Below are positions 1-12,516 of a DNA stretch of 64,000 nucleotides, one piece after another; position 1 is the stretch's first letter, and every line of letters begins with the position of its first letter. The notes under the pieces were generated by a model. The model made no database searches. It was given only the letters and a program-made list of their open reading frames with translations, and was not told the origin of the DNA. A program made the translations under genes and the position numbers. Origin of the DNA: Lingula anatina (taxonomy: Eukaryota > Animalia > Brachiopoda); the NCBI GenBank assembly GCA_051362555.1, contig CM120645.1, forward strand, positions 20,832,001 to 20,896,000, in the 5' to 3' direction.

Positions 1-748
1 GGTCTCAATCCGCCCCTGACCATGGTTAAAACATGCATGAAATATTACCATTGAAGATGACAGGTGAATTTATTTCAGTCTGCATCTATATCCTTCCCCA
101 CAATTACTTTTACTTTTATATACACACAGTGCACATCATCAACAAGTAGGCCTATTATTTCTCGGAGAGTAGGTAATAAGTTTTTTACGCCTAGGCGGGT
201 CGATGAGTGCAGACAAAGGCTTACGAAAAAATGGGTCATTTCAAAACGGGTCGTTTCGCAAGAGTTGTCCTTAGATTTAAGTCCGCAAGTTTTTAAGTTT
301 ACTGTGGGGTAAGATGAATCGTTAGCTGTCCAATTTTAATTGTAAATATCTTTCCTGTTTTGTTAAAATGAAATAAATGCCTATACTTTAGATTCATTGT
401 AACTATATCACTGTGGACTACAGTGGAAACATGCATTCTAAATTATAGCACACCAAAAATTCAGTTTGGAATTTTGACCAACTTTTTGTCTCACATTGTA
501 AGTTATTTTAAACCGGGACCTGAACTTCATGGCCAAAAGCGTACGCCCAGTTAGCCTTTTCATTCTCTGAATCAAAGCACGAAGGTCAATGGGCGTGTGA
601 AACACGAGGAAAAAGTGACACTCGGCGTCATCTAAGCAGCATGAAGCTTTTTAGATTAAAATGGAACATTTTTTTTATAAAATGCACCAAAGCAAACGCA
701 GTCCAATCGGTGGATGTAGAATAAATTCAGTCCAGTTAACGAGAGAAC

Positions 749-784
<36 letters not shown>

Positions 785-1708
785 CCTTCACTTTGTCAAC
801 CCACAGGTCGCTGGATTTTACAAAAATAACACAAAATACGCTGCTCGCCACCCAATCATTCCGAAAAACGTATCATTTACAAATTGTAAATCGGACACAT
901 ACGTAGATTGACCCCTTCTCAAATCACTGATGTAAAAACAGCAACAAAAAGGTCAGTTAGCTCAGTGGCAAATGCTGAAAAATCTTTTGAATCTTTCCAA
1001 ATAACACAATTTTTTTTATCTTAAAAGCCCTCAAAACTGGGAGAGTAAAACATGTACAGATATCATTAAAGATCCTTCAATCTGACAACAAACAACATAA
1101 ACTTCTCGAAAAAATTCCTCTCGTCGGATCATGTTAAAAAATCATTAAATGAAATGGGTCCGCCTGTTTTTAACCTGTAACGCCAGTTTTAAACCTGACA
1201 GGTGGCTCTGTGTGTGAGGGTTGCTACAATAAACGGGTCAGTGTTTGCGCTCAGCGCAGAATTCCCCCGCAGGAGCACAATGGTCAAACCGGCAAAATGG
1301 AACAACTCTTTGATCAAATAACAATAAGTGCATTATACCGTTTCTACCGTTTACTTTCCAAGCGGGTCGTAGACGATACGTACCAAGACATTTCCTCTCG
1401 TTTTAAGTGTCACATTGACTTATATAAGGCGCAAAGTCGTGTCTCCTGCCCCGTTGGCCTAAATTGAAGCTTAAACCCGGTGGTCAAATGTCGACGAGAA
1501 TTTTAAGCAGGTGAACGTTAATTTTCTTACAGTTGATGCCCACCTGTTGGACTTAATGTAGCTTGTAAATATGACTCTGCTGGTACAAATATCGACAAGT
1601 CAGGTCAATGAGAGGGAGAAAAGGAGAAGACGCTGCACGTCTGATTAAAAAAAAAGAAACTCCGTGAATACGGTCTACATCTCAAGATGCTAAAGACAAG
1701 CGGGGCAC

Positions 1709-4505
1709 ATGGGTAGCATAGGACAGGAGGCAAGTGTTTGGTTTCCTGTATCTTATCTTTTCGAGAGCCCACCTTATGATTTTACGATTCACAATACCCC
1801 ATTTATATATAACCCACTTATTGAGCATTTAATGTCGGTCTGATCAAAACTTGACATCAAAACTTATGTCTGTTTGGGTCTTTGTTTTCCCGCGGAAAAA
1901 CGAGGTACGTAAATACGATGGGATATCTTCTCAGTCATATAACGAAATGTCTGCATAGGTAATTAACTGTGTCACATTAACCATAGTCGGGAATAGATTC
2001 TCACCTTAAAGCGCTGCACGTCGTTTGCTTTATCAGGTCTGTAGCCAGCAATTTCAAATGGGAGGGGGGTATTTTTAGTTTTTGAAAAAGTGGACCTTAA
2101 ATCGCCTTAGATGACCCATCTTGAGAAACCTGTGTCGAGATAGTATTGAGAGCTGACCTTTTAAGGCCAAAAGGCGATTCCTGCGACCCCCTTCCTAGGG
2201 ACCTGCAATGTACCCCTTCATTTGCAATTCTCAAGTCGGGTAGTGGGGTAGGTGTACATGTAGGGGTAGTGAATGAATTGACTTCTTTGCACTTATTCTG
2301 TGAATTACTGTGATCAGAGGGCACTGATAGCAATCAACAACTTGTATAGGCAGAGATTTTGTGAAATTATATTGATTATTAGTCTGCTGCATATGACAAG
2401 GCAGGGGCGTAACCAGACCTTTAAAAAATGTACGCACAGATTTTTAAAATTCCCAGCAAAATGTAGACTAACGCAAGAGATGAAGGACACCGTAATTACA
2501 GCATATGTACCACACATCGCAGCTTAATTTCCATTAATAATAACATCATTATTTAGTCGGAAATTTTCTCGCAATTGAAAAAGTTTCAATATTCCTATTA
2601 CCCAGTTATATTTATTTAAAAGGAGGCTAGCTTCGCATATGATGTTGAACCCCCTTCGAATAATCCTGGATCCACCTCTGAGTTGAACTAACATACGGTT
2701 TCATTCACCTTACATGTGGATGCATGGCTCCCAAAAACAACCAATTGTACGACACGACAGAGCTCTGATACATCTAAGTTTATTATTTGTTTGTAAAAAT
2801 TGCTCATGTCACCCTGTTAGTTTGGAGGGGTAAGCTGGGTCAAGTCCATGTCAAAATTCTTTGAAGCTTTGCAGGAGAAATTCTTCCTTTGTTTCTCTAG
2901 CTCCTTCTTAAACCTGGTGTCCAGATTTTATCTAGTGCCCCCAGGGTTGCGGGAGCTGCTGTTTGAAAGAGGTAAAGGTAAAGGAAGTTTCAGTTAGATG
3001 GAGGATTAAGATAGGACTTGTTCAGGTTACAGGCATTGTTTACCTCAGTTTGCAAGACGAGGGGGGGGGGGGGTCAGAACAATTGTGCCTTTAGAATTGA
3101 TACAGATGACTTTAATAAGCAGAGGATTTTCTTTTATATTCCGTGAAAAATAAAATAATATCATGGTTGGCCAAAAAATTGTACGCACAGTGCATCCGTG
3201 CGTATGCCTAGTTACGCCCATGCAAGGGAGTGCAGAGAATCACTGCATATTACCCTTCAGGCCCGTAGCCGGGGGTGGGGTGGGGGGAGCGTTTCGTAAG
3301 AACCCCTCTTTTGGCTGGGAAAAAGTCCCCTCTAAAATTGTATCTAGGTACACGGATGTTTCATGGTAAAAGGTCCACCTTTTAAGAAAAAGAACCCCTT
3401 ATGAAATTACTGGCTTTGGACCGGTCCTTACAGAATCGGCCTTAAACATGTATGCATGTATATATAGGCCAGTCAGATGTGCCCAAGCACAATATTATTC
3501 CCGTGCTTTTTTAAATACTCATCATTATTGTCGACACCTTTGTTGATAATGCTCTACTTTTCAAGTAACACACATAGTTTTTTATCACTGTGAGTGGCAC
3601 ATGAAAAGTTTTACCCTGTGAATAACAGGAGGGGGTTGTGGAGGTTCGGGTGCCGGGGGACTGTTCGAAAGAACCACCCTTTTGGCCGGAATAGGCCCCC
3701 TCTGCATCGAAATTCAATCTAGCTAGGTTATATACCATTTCTCATGACTGGTCAACAAAGATGGCACAAATGTCCAATGTTTCAGAAGAAGAGGTTATTT
3801 ATCATTAACCTCTACACCCAGGGTGCTTTATAGGAATGGTTGCTTTCCAGTAACCCCTGAATCCCAGGGTGAATCATGTCAGTGTACTCTGTCAGACCTA
3901 TTGATCTGACCTATTGATTTGAGCCATTGATCTATTTACCTATCGTCTGTTTACTCTTGATTAGAGAAATGTTATAGGGCCCTACTTTATTAGTTCTATA
4001 TACAGTTCTGTATGTATCTGTTTTATTTGAATGGTGATAAAAGTGACAATTAAGTAACTATCACGTTTAAGATGTACACACATTAGCGTTTAAGATGTAT
4101 ACTTATGATAAAAGTCATTGACTGTATTAATACAGACGGAGAAGGTAAAAGCGTCATGAGTAATTACCCAAAAACGTTGTCCTTTTTTTCCATTTATTAA
4201 TTCCATTTGAGTAACTAATTCCCTTTTATAGAAGAGCGTTTCGAGTACATTCAGTGTATTTTGTATATACATTTGTACTAGCATGAATAACTACATTGTG
4301 AATCTTTGCTGAATTATTGACTGTCATAACATTTATCTGATAATTTTTCCCAAAAAATCAGCAGACGTTTCCTGGTGATGGGGAACTTGGCGGACATGAC
4401 GCTAAACTGGAGCACCACGGGAGCGCAACTTTCGCTGGTAAAAAGAAGGTAAATGATATCGAGTCTTTGATAAATCTTTTGTCTAATGGCCTCAAAAATT
4501 TGTTC

Positions 4506-4537
<32 letters not shown>

Positions 4538-6992
4538 ATGTGCGCGCGCTTGCCTGTGTCCATCTTATTCTAGTAAAATTAACTGGGAGTAAATGCAAAA
4601 CGCTATAATTACTAATTGCAGTGACTTTTGACAAACCGCAGAAAGATTCTTTTCAATTGTGAATCCGGGGAGGGGGGGGGCGCAGTAAGAGAAAACAGTT
4701 TTACAAGCGAAACGAGACAAAATCACACATTTTCTATATCCATTATTTACACGTCACTCGTACAGTTATATTGTCGTAGTCTACTACACTGTTATGGTAT
4801 TATGCCGCTTTTTCACAAAATTGCAGTGTCACTTCGATAAACTTTCTGAATTTATGAAATATAATTTTGTATAATTATCAAGCCAGACTGTGTAATTTGT
4901 AATGTATTTCAACTGCTGCAGCGATTTATTTTAATAACTTTATCATTATTATTATCATTATTATTATTATTTGACAATCTTTCAGCGAACGATATTCTCC
5001 TGCTGCAGAGAAGCGGACGCTCTTGGTATTCAAGAGGTGCTCAAAGACGGTGGATCGGCTACTGAACCAAACGAGGTACGCTACCAAAAGACCGCCGCAC
5101 ACTGAAAGTTATGAGCTCAGCTACTGATTCCTGACTCCAAAGCCTGCAGCTTATCTTGTTGGTCTCGTACTTGTGTATTTTGTCTACCAAAGACGAGAAC
5201 CTAACTCAATATGCACACAATGAGTTAACAGCTTATACCTAGCGAAACAGATGTTCAGCATATTGGTCACAGTGTGCGTCGGTATATGGCCTTGTTAACT
5301 TCTAAGGGAGAGATTTAGATATACTCTAATATGTAAAGTGTTGTGTGTATTTTAACTGTAGTGAACTTAACCTTGGGAAAATACTTATAAATTTCATATA
5401 GTCATTAATTGCTCGATTATTTTATGTATTTATTTATACAGTATATACTGCGATTCCTGATATTCAGCTTTGGTCTGTTTTTTTTCTGTTGTTCAGTTAT
5501 TCATATCTTTATTGTTATTCAGTTTTGTAACATGCCTATATATGTATTTTTGCCTATTGAATTAATTTGTAAAGACAGAGCTCGTATGAATCATACACAA
5601 TCACTATTTATATTTTTCGTTGTTGCTAAGCGTCCAGGGGTGAAGAAATGTCGTATCTAGCCTAAAATGACAGAATAACAAAGCTTTTCACTTTTTTTCT
5701 ATATATATCACGATCAGACGTCTTCCGGAAAGTCACGTCGCTAAGCGTAATATAATGTAATTATATTCTTTATTAACCATTTCAAGCACGAGTCCAAAGG
5801 AGAGAGGGCGTTGCGCAGTATGTGAATTTCGGTACGCGACATTCCGCGGCGACATAAAGCACAATTCGTAAATTTATTGCTCATATAAAGAAAATTGAGT
5901 GTTTTAACCTGCAAGTTAGTTTTTAGGACTTTAACACATTTTGCTGTAAATCGACTCATTATGTTCAAAAGAGTGGTGCAAATTGCGATTTTATGGTAAT
6001 TTAGTTGACAACTTAGATCCTTGTCGGTCTTACATGTGCACGTGAGGAGCGTTTTTCAAGATTTGAACACGTTTAACCGCTGTTTTTATTAAACGTTTAA
6101 CGACTTTTTTTATTCAAAGTTTTATGGCTGTTACTGAATGTATGCGTTATGTATAAGGTGATGTAATCGCACCCTGAGTCAATGTTCAACGTTTTACGCT
6201 GATGTTTAATTTCTGTTTCGACTTTGAGTATCAACCCCAATTGTTAATTTGGAAATATATTCCATGTTGCTTAGAGACTTTTCAAGTCATATATTGTCGA
6301 TATGCAATACATAATATGGGTGGGTGCATACGCGGTCCAATTAGCTTCAAAATACCCTCCCCCCCAAAAAAAAATTAATAGTGAAACAAGCGACACGAGA
6401 CTAACTGAAGCAATATTTCGATCCCTGTGCCTACATATATAAAATATTATGTAAAACTGTTCTCTTCTAATGTTTTACATTTGCTGAGGAAATTTTTGTA
6501 TCGTTCATTACCCCCCCCCCCCCCTTCCTGGCAAAATGCTGAATTTGCCAATGGCGTGTTTTATTTAGTACGTAATATGGCAGAAGAGAAGAATGACATT
6601 TATGATGCTGCATTAAAAGGACCTGGGGTGAGCATAAAATATCAGCTTCACTTGAAATTAACGTCCTTTGCTTCATCTGTAAATATGTAATTCAGCTAAG
6701 AGATCTTCCATTCAATATTCATTTTCAGTCAGGGCTGGCACCCCTACACGATCTTGTTCAAGGGAGTGGCATTGACGTGGAAACCTGTATAGACATTCTG
6801 CTGGAGAGAGGCGCAGACGTTAATCAAACAACGACTATAGGGGGCGACACCTGTCTGCATTTAGCGGCGAGAAATAAATCAAAAGATCGAGCGGTTGATA
6901 TCTTTGTCAAACTGCTCAGCTCGGGCGCAGATCCTGAAATACGAAACAAGGTATAGATTGAAAATGGCTAGCTATAGGTTGTATAGTAATCC

Positions 6993-7032
<40 letters not shown>

Positions 7033-10000
7033 AGCAGCAGCATCTCCACAACCGAATGATGGGTGTACACCACATATAGTACTAACTTCAAAACTACTTT
7101 ATTGTCATCTTCATGATAAGTTTAAACATAACTTCAAAACCTGTTAAAGAGGCGCATGGGTGTCCTTAATTTCCACGGCGCCCTATTAAGAGCGCTTTGG
7201 TTGTGAAGGGTCCCTATGCATCCTTAGAATATTTTGATTCCTCTTGTGCTAGCAGTAGCTATCGCTCTAATATTGATAATGAGTCTTTAGTGTGTAATTG
7301 TGTGTTTACCCGGTTTTAACTTCTGTTTGTTCCAGAAACTACGGTCCCCCTACGACGAAGCCGTAGAAAAAGGACTTGTGGATATTTGTGCTGTGTTGGA
7401 CGGGACTGTCTCCATCGAAGAAGCCATAGAGAAGACTGAACAGAAACGCCGTGATGAATTAGGGGTGAGATTTAGAAATGAGTGTTTTTTTTTCTTTCTT
7501 TGTTTTATCTATTTGGGCTTGAAATTTGTAATGGGACTTTTTTATTAAGCTGCATTAACTTATGTAGCTATAGGATTAAATATAATCTTCTGTTGCATCC
7601 TAGTGTAGATACATGTATATAAAAAGAAGTTGTAGAGTTCCTCATGATGTATTAATAACAATGTTAATATTTTTTTCACTTAAATTACCTCAATCTGTAA
7701 TTCAGCCCTATTCACCCTCCTCGTCCCCATAAAACATGGAAATGCAATATCACACAAGACACACGATGGAGAGTAGTCTTGATGTCAATACCCACTTCCT
7801 TTCAATACCCACTGTATTGGCTCCAATGAAGCCAAACTTTATTTGAAATAACTGAGCATAGGATGAAGGCTTCCTTCATTTTCTGTTAAATGTGCACGAT
7901 GAGCGAAATACCTATTGATAGTAAATATCCTTTTTTCCTCGACATATCATTCATCCCATTTCCCTTATTCACCAAGGTATAGTATACTTAAAACCATTCA
8001 CAGAATTGCGATCAATAAACTCATTTTTTAGGTCTAAGCTTCCTTTTTTTATAGTGAATCTCGTGCTGTACATGTAAATTAATGGAGACTGGTGAAATTC
8101 GCTCGTGACCGTACCGGTAAAAATTAGAAGTTGAGAATTTATAGGTTTTGGATATGATACATGCATAAATATCTTGATGGTGAAGGGGGGAGGGTTGCAG
8201 AAACTTAGTTGCATTAGGTCGAACGCGCATTGTAAGCCTTGTGAAGAACTTCCACACGTGTAGCTGTCATCTTGCGTGTGGTTTTCACCACAATATTCAA
8301 TAAGCAGAATTAATTCTGTATCATAAACACCCAACAGAACATATTTCAAATGGGTTTCTGCTTCTTTGCGGCTTATCGACCTGAGCTTCAGAGGTCCCTA
8401 GACTACTTGGATCGGCATGTGCATTATCAGCACGCACCTGCCCTTACTGGAAACGGCAGAGTCATGCTGATAGTATGGGTGCAATGTTCCAGGAACCTTT
8501 GGGAACCAGGGTGTCCCTAATGCACTGCTTCATATATTCTTTGACTATGGTGTCTCTGACTAACAGGAAACATCATCTCAAAGATCAATTTAGCGAATAA
8601 CGAAAGAGACATTAGAGAGATAGAGGAAACGTCGTTGTGAACCAAAGTTTGTCTTTTTTGACGATTCATTAATTGCTTTTTCATATCACCCATGTCACAC
8701 TGTAAGTGGTCATAAAACGGCAATGATAAATCATTTTTGATAAGCCCATGAATACGACCATATTAAGTACATGTGAGTAGTTTGCGTATTGGGAGAGGGG
8801 GGGGGCGGGATGAATTTTGATTTGTCCTTCCATCCCCGCTCCACCCCCCCACCCCCACCCCCCCACCCCCACCCCCTATCAAGCGCTAAATGACACAACT
8901 TGTAGTTGAATGAAATCCTTGTTGTAAAAAAATGAACAATCCGTTAATTAATACTGCATTTCAGGAACGCTTGGTAAGAGCCGTGATTTCTGGCACGGAG
9001 GAAGAAATACGAAGAGCTGTGGCACACGGTGGAACTTATTTGAACTACATCAACAAGGTATAGGTTGTTGTTTTTTCAACTGTCAATTGAGCTGTGGGAT
9101 GCTGGATTTGAACATGGTCGTATCAATAATATTCATAATAGTATCTATGAGGTCGGAGGTGATGGGTGGGGAAAAAACAAAATGGCGGACTTAACTCCTA
9201 TCCAACAAACAGCAAGTTTTCCTGGGATTGGAAGAGCGGGGGTTGGGGGGGGGGGGGTACACTTACTGCATATTTCACCTAAATAGTAAAGTTTCGCATC
9301 TGTAAAATGTATTGATCTATTCATTGCAGCACGGCGCCGGTGCAATACATTACGTCATTACCCATTGTAAATTGGACCAAATGAAGATGCTGGAGTTGCT
9401 GGTGGAGACAGGGGCAGAGGTCAACCTCCTGGATTATGTGAGTGAAATGGCCATCCATGGATCATGTACATACTAGTTGTACCTAAAAAAAGTAACGGGA
9501 CTGATGTCACAAACAATTCACTGGATATCATTTCCCAATAATACGTGGTTTTCCCTTCCAAGTTTCCTTCTTTGATTCTAATGCACTTCTCCATCTTTCT
9601 CAAACACGTATTCTTTTGGGATGCCCCCGCCTTACCTCCCTTTGTTATGGCGCTCTTGCTCAATGGTCTCTAGATTAAAAAAATCAGGATCCGTTGTTCA
9701 AGCATTGAGCTTGAGGAAAGAAAATAGACACATGAAGCAAGAGATAGGTGAAAATCGTTTTCGACCGCTAAATTTCTTATTTTCTACCGTTATGAGTGAA
9801 ATTCAACAATCTTCACTTCCGTCACGACAGCAGTCCTGTTACTTTACAAACCACATTTCACAAACCACGCACCATATATTATAATCTTATATTACAGAAA
9901 AAGAAACCAATGATTTTTAGTGTTTAACGAAAAACAGTTGAAATTTCCACAAAAGTTAAAAACAATTTTTACAAAGGCCATTGTGTTCCTTTTGTGTCTC

Positions 10001-11159
10001 AACTTGCAGGAGTGTGACTCGGCATTAAATCTCTGCATCAAGATGGCACACCTTAGGGAGGGTGGCGCCATGAAGGAGCTGGTAGCGTATCTCCTCTCAG
10101 TGGGAGCCGACAAGACGGTCCAGGACCTGGTAAATGTGAAATATGATACATCATTCTTTATTCATGAAAGAAAGACGTTGCATAGTACCAGGATACCAGC
10201 TTACTTCCCGCCTTAGTTCAGGGTTGAACAAATTAGATAACAAAATAAACCGCAATTCATACTCTCATTCATATTTCAAATACCGATATTTAAATTAACG
10301 TTTCAACATTGCACGTCTTCACATTTGTTTTTATTAGTTTTTTTTTATTTTAGAGTTTACAGTGATTGGTTATTTAAAGGGCATTACGATGGCATTATGT
10401 ACAGGCCTGAAGTGGAATGTATTTCTTTGTAGTTGGCTAAGACCCCATTCCCACAGATTTTAGATCTATCTACCCCTGTGGGGAGTCTCACTAGATTACT
10501 GTCAGCTTAGCCGGCTTAAGCGTCTGTCCCGCCTACTAAAACCTGTAAGGGGGTAATTAACTACCGTGCACGCTCGGCTGTCATCAATTTAGCGTGAACC
10601 CCCAGGGTGTTAGGTCGATCTAGATGGATCTATCTAAATCTATGGGAATGCACTCTAAATCTCAGGAGGGTTTTGATCTGTTATGATTAATTACTAAAGA
10701 ACCTATAATGTTAAGTTTTGCTTACATTTCAGGACGGCAAAGACGCCATGATGTTGGCTGAAGAAAGGCAATACGATGACATTATCGAATTACTACGAAT
10801 GGATGCGGTAGAAAGATTGGTAAATATGAGAATTTTCTATTTTTGACTCTCCCATTGGCAGGTAACAAAGATAAATGTTCCTTCTGTCACTTTAACGAAG
10901 TCTTTCAATTAACAAAAATAAGAGGAAAATCAAATGTGACACAAACGATGCTGTAACTTAATTTTGTGACGTTTTGTGTTGTATGGTGTGGCATTCGTCA
11001 TAAACCAGACCACCCTATAAAGTAAGATGTCTCGTGAAACTGTTCCCTTCTGTCAATAAAAAAAGGTACATGATTTACTCATAAATAAAACATATTGAGG
11101 TTGACTGTTGGCAGGTTTTAGAGACGATGAATAAAAATAAAAATCAGTTAGCACGGACC

Positions 11160-11194
<35 letters not shown>

Positions 11195-12475
11195 GCGTGA
11201 TTGATTTGATCAAATTATGCCATTGAGTATTGGCCTTGGCTGCACCCGTTTGTCCAGAAGCTATGTTAAACGCGTATATTGATGAATGCCACATATAAAC
11301 ATCATCGTATTCAATTATCCTATACTCTGAGGTACTGTTTATATTTAATTAACCATCTAACAGAAACTGAGGTACTTTATCCACTACCGAAGGGAATATT
11401 TTTAAGAAAATTGTTCTTAGTGTAAATTGAGTGCGTCCGTCCGATGCCCATTAATTCTTCACCGAGAAAAAAAGCCAATATCTTTCAAGTAGATCCCTCT
11501 GGAAAAAGTTCATGGCCAAAGCTTTTATTGGTCTCAAGTGGAATGCATTTCTTTACAGTTGGGTAGATCTCAAAGATTAATATATTTTATCAATAAGGGA
11601 TTTAAATTAAAGGAAGATAAAGTAAGTGCCTTTTAAATTGATTTTATATTCACTGATATTTATTGCGCCTCAAAAGAGCGGTTAATCCGCCACGCAAGAC
11701 TTAAGATGTCATTGTTTTGTACTGAATTGCTTCTTGCATGTGGCGTTCAAGCAAATATAATCTGTCTTATTTATTTATTTATTTATTTATTGTACATTAA
11801 GCATATAAGACAGGACTCTTAAAATCAATCAACTATATGGACTGTTTCAAGGTCATGATGGAAAAAGCTGCACATCAGTTCATTCTTCAGAGAATAAACC
11901 ACACCAATAGAAAGACAATGAACAACATTACATGGGAGGAAAAAAAGAACGGTCATTTCTCTATTGTTTCTCAACAAAATATCATATTTGAAAGTTTTAC
12001 ATTTGAATATTGCACTTCTTCTTTTTATTAGTTTTTTTAAAGTACTGTTTGACTCACATTGTATTCATGTTTAGTATTAATTTATGGTGTGTATCGTTTT
12101 CTAGGAGCCGGTTACAGAGGTTGACGAACCGACTGAAAGTACTGCTGAAGAAACCGAGAGTGTAAGTCCATTTGGATGGTGATGTAGAAGTGTTAAAAAA
12201 TTTACAGGTTTATCTATAGGTCAAATAGAGTATAATTATGTACATGAGAAATTCCTTTCTCTCACTTTTTGTATTGAAGACATTTGAACAACTGTGACAG
12301 ACCTGGGCGGATAGAGTGGCTGGTGAACAATGGCGCCCCCGTTAATAGCAAGACAGAGAAGGCATGTCTTTTTTGTCTGTGTATGTCTGTCTTTGTGTGT
12401 GTGTGTGTGTGTGTGTGTGGTCGTATGCATTACAATACAAATGTTTACTTTACGAGAGAAAGGTATTTCACTATT

Positions 12476-12516
<41 letters not shown>

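Noticed and set aside
950-990. tRNA or SINE A-box-like TAGCTCAGTGG
   Set aside because: No downstream B box and no cloverleaf.
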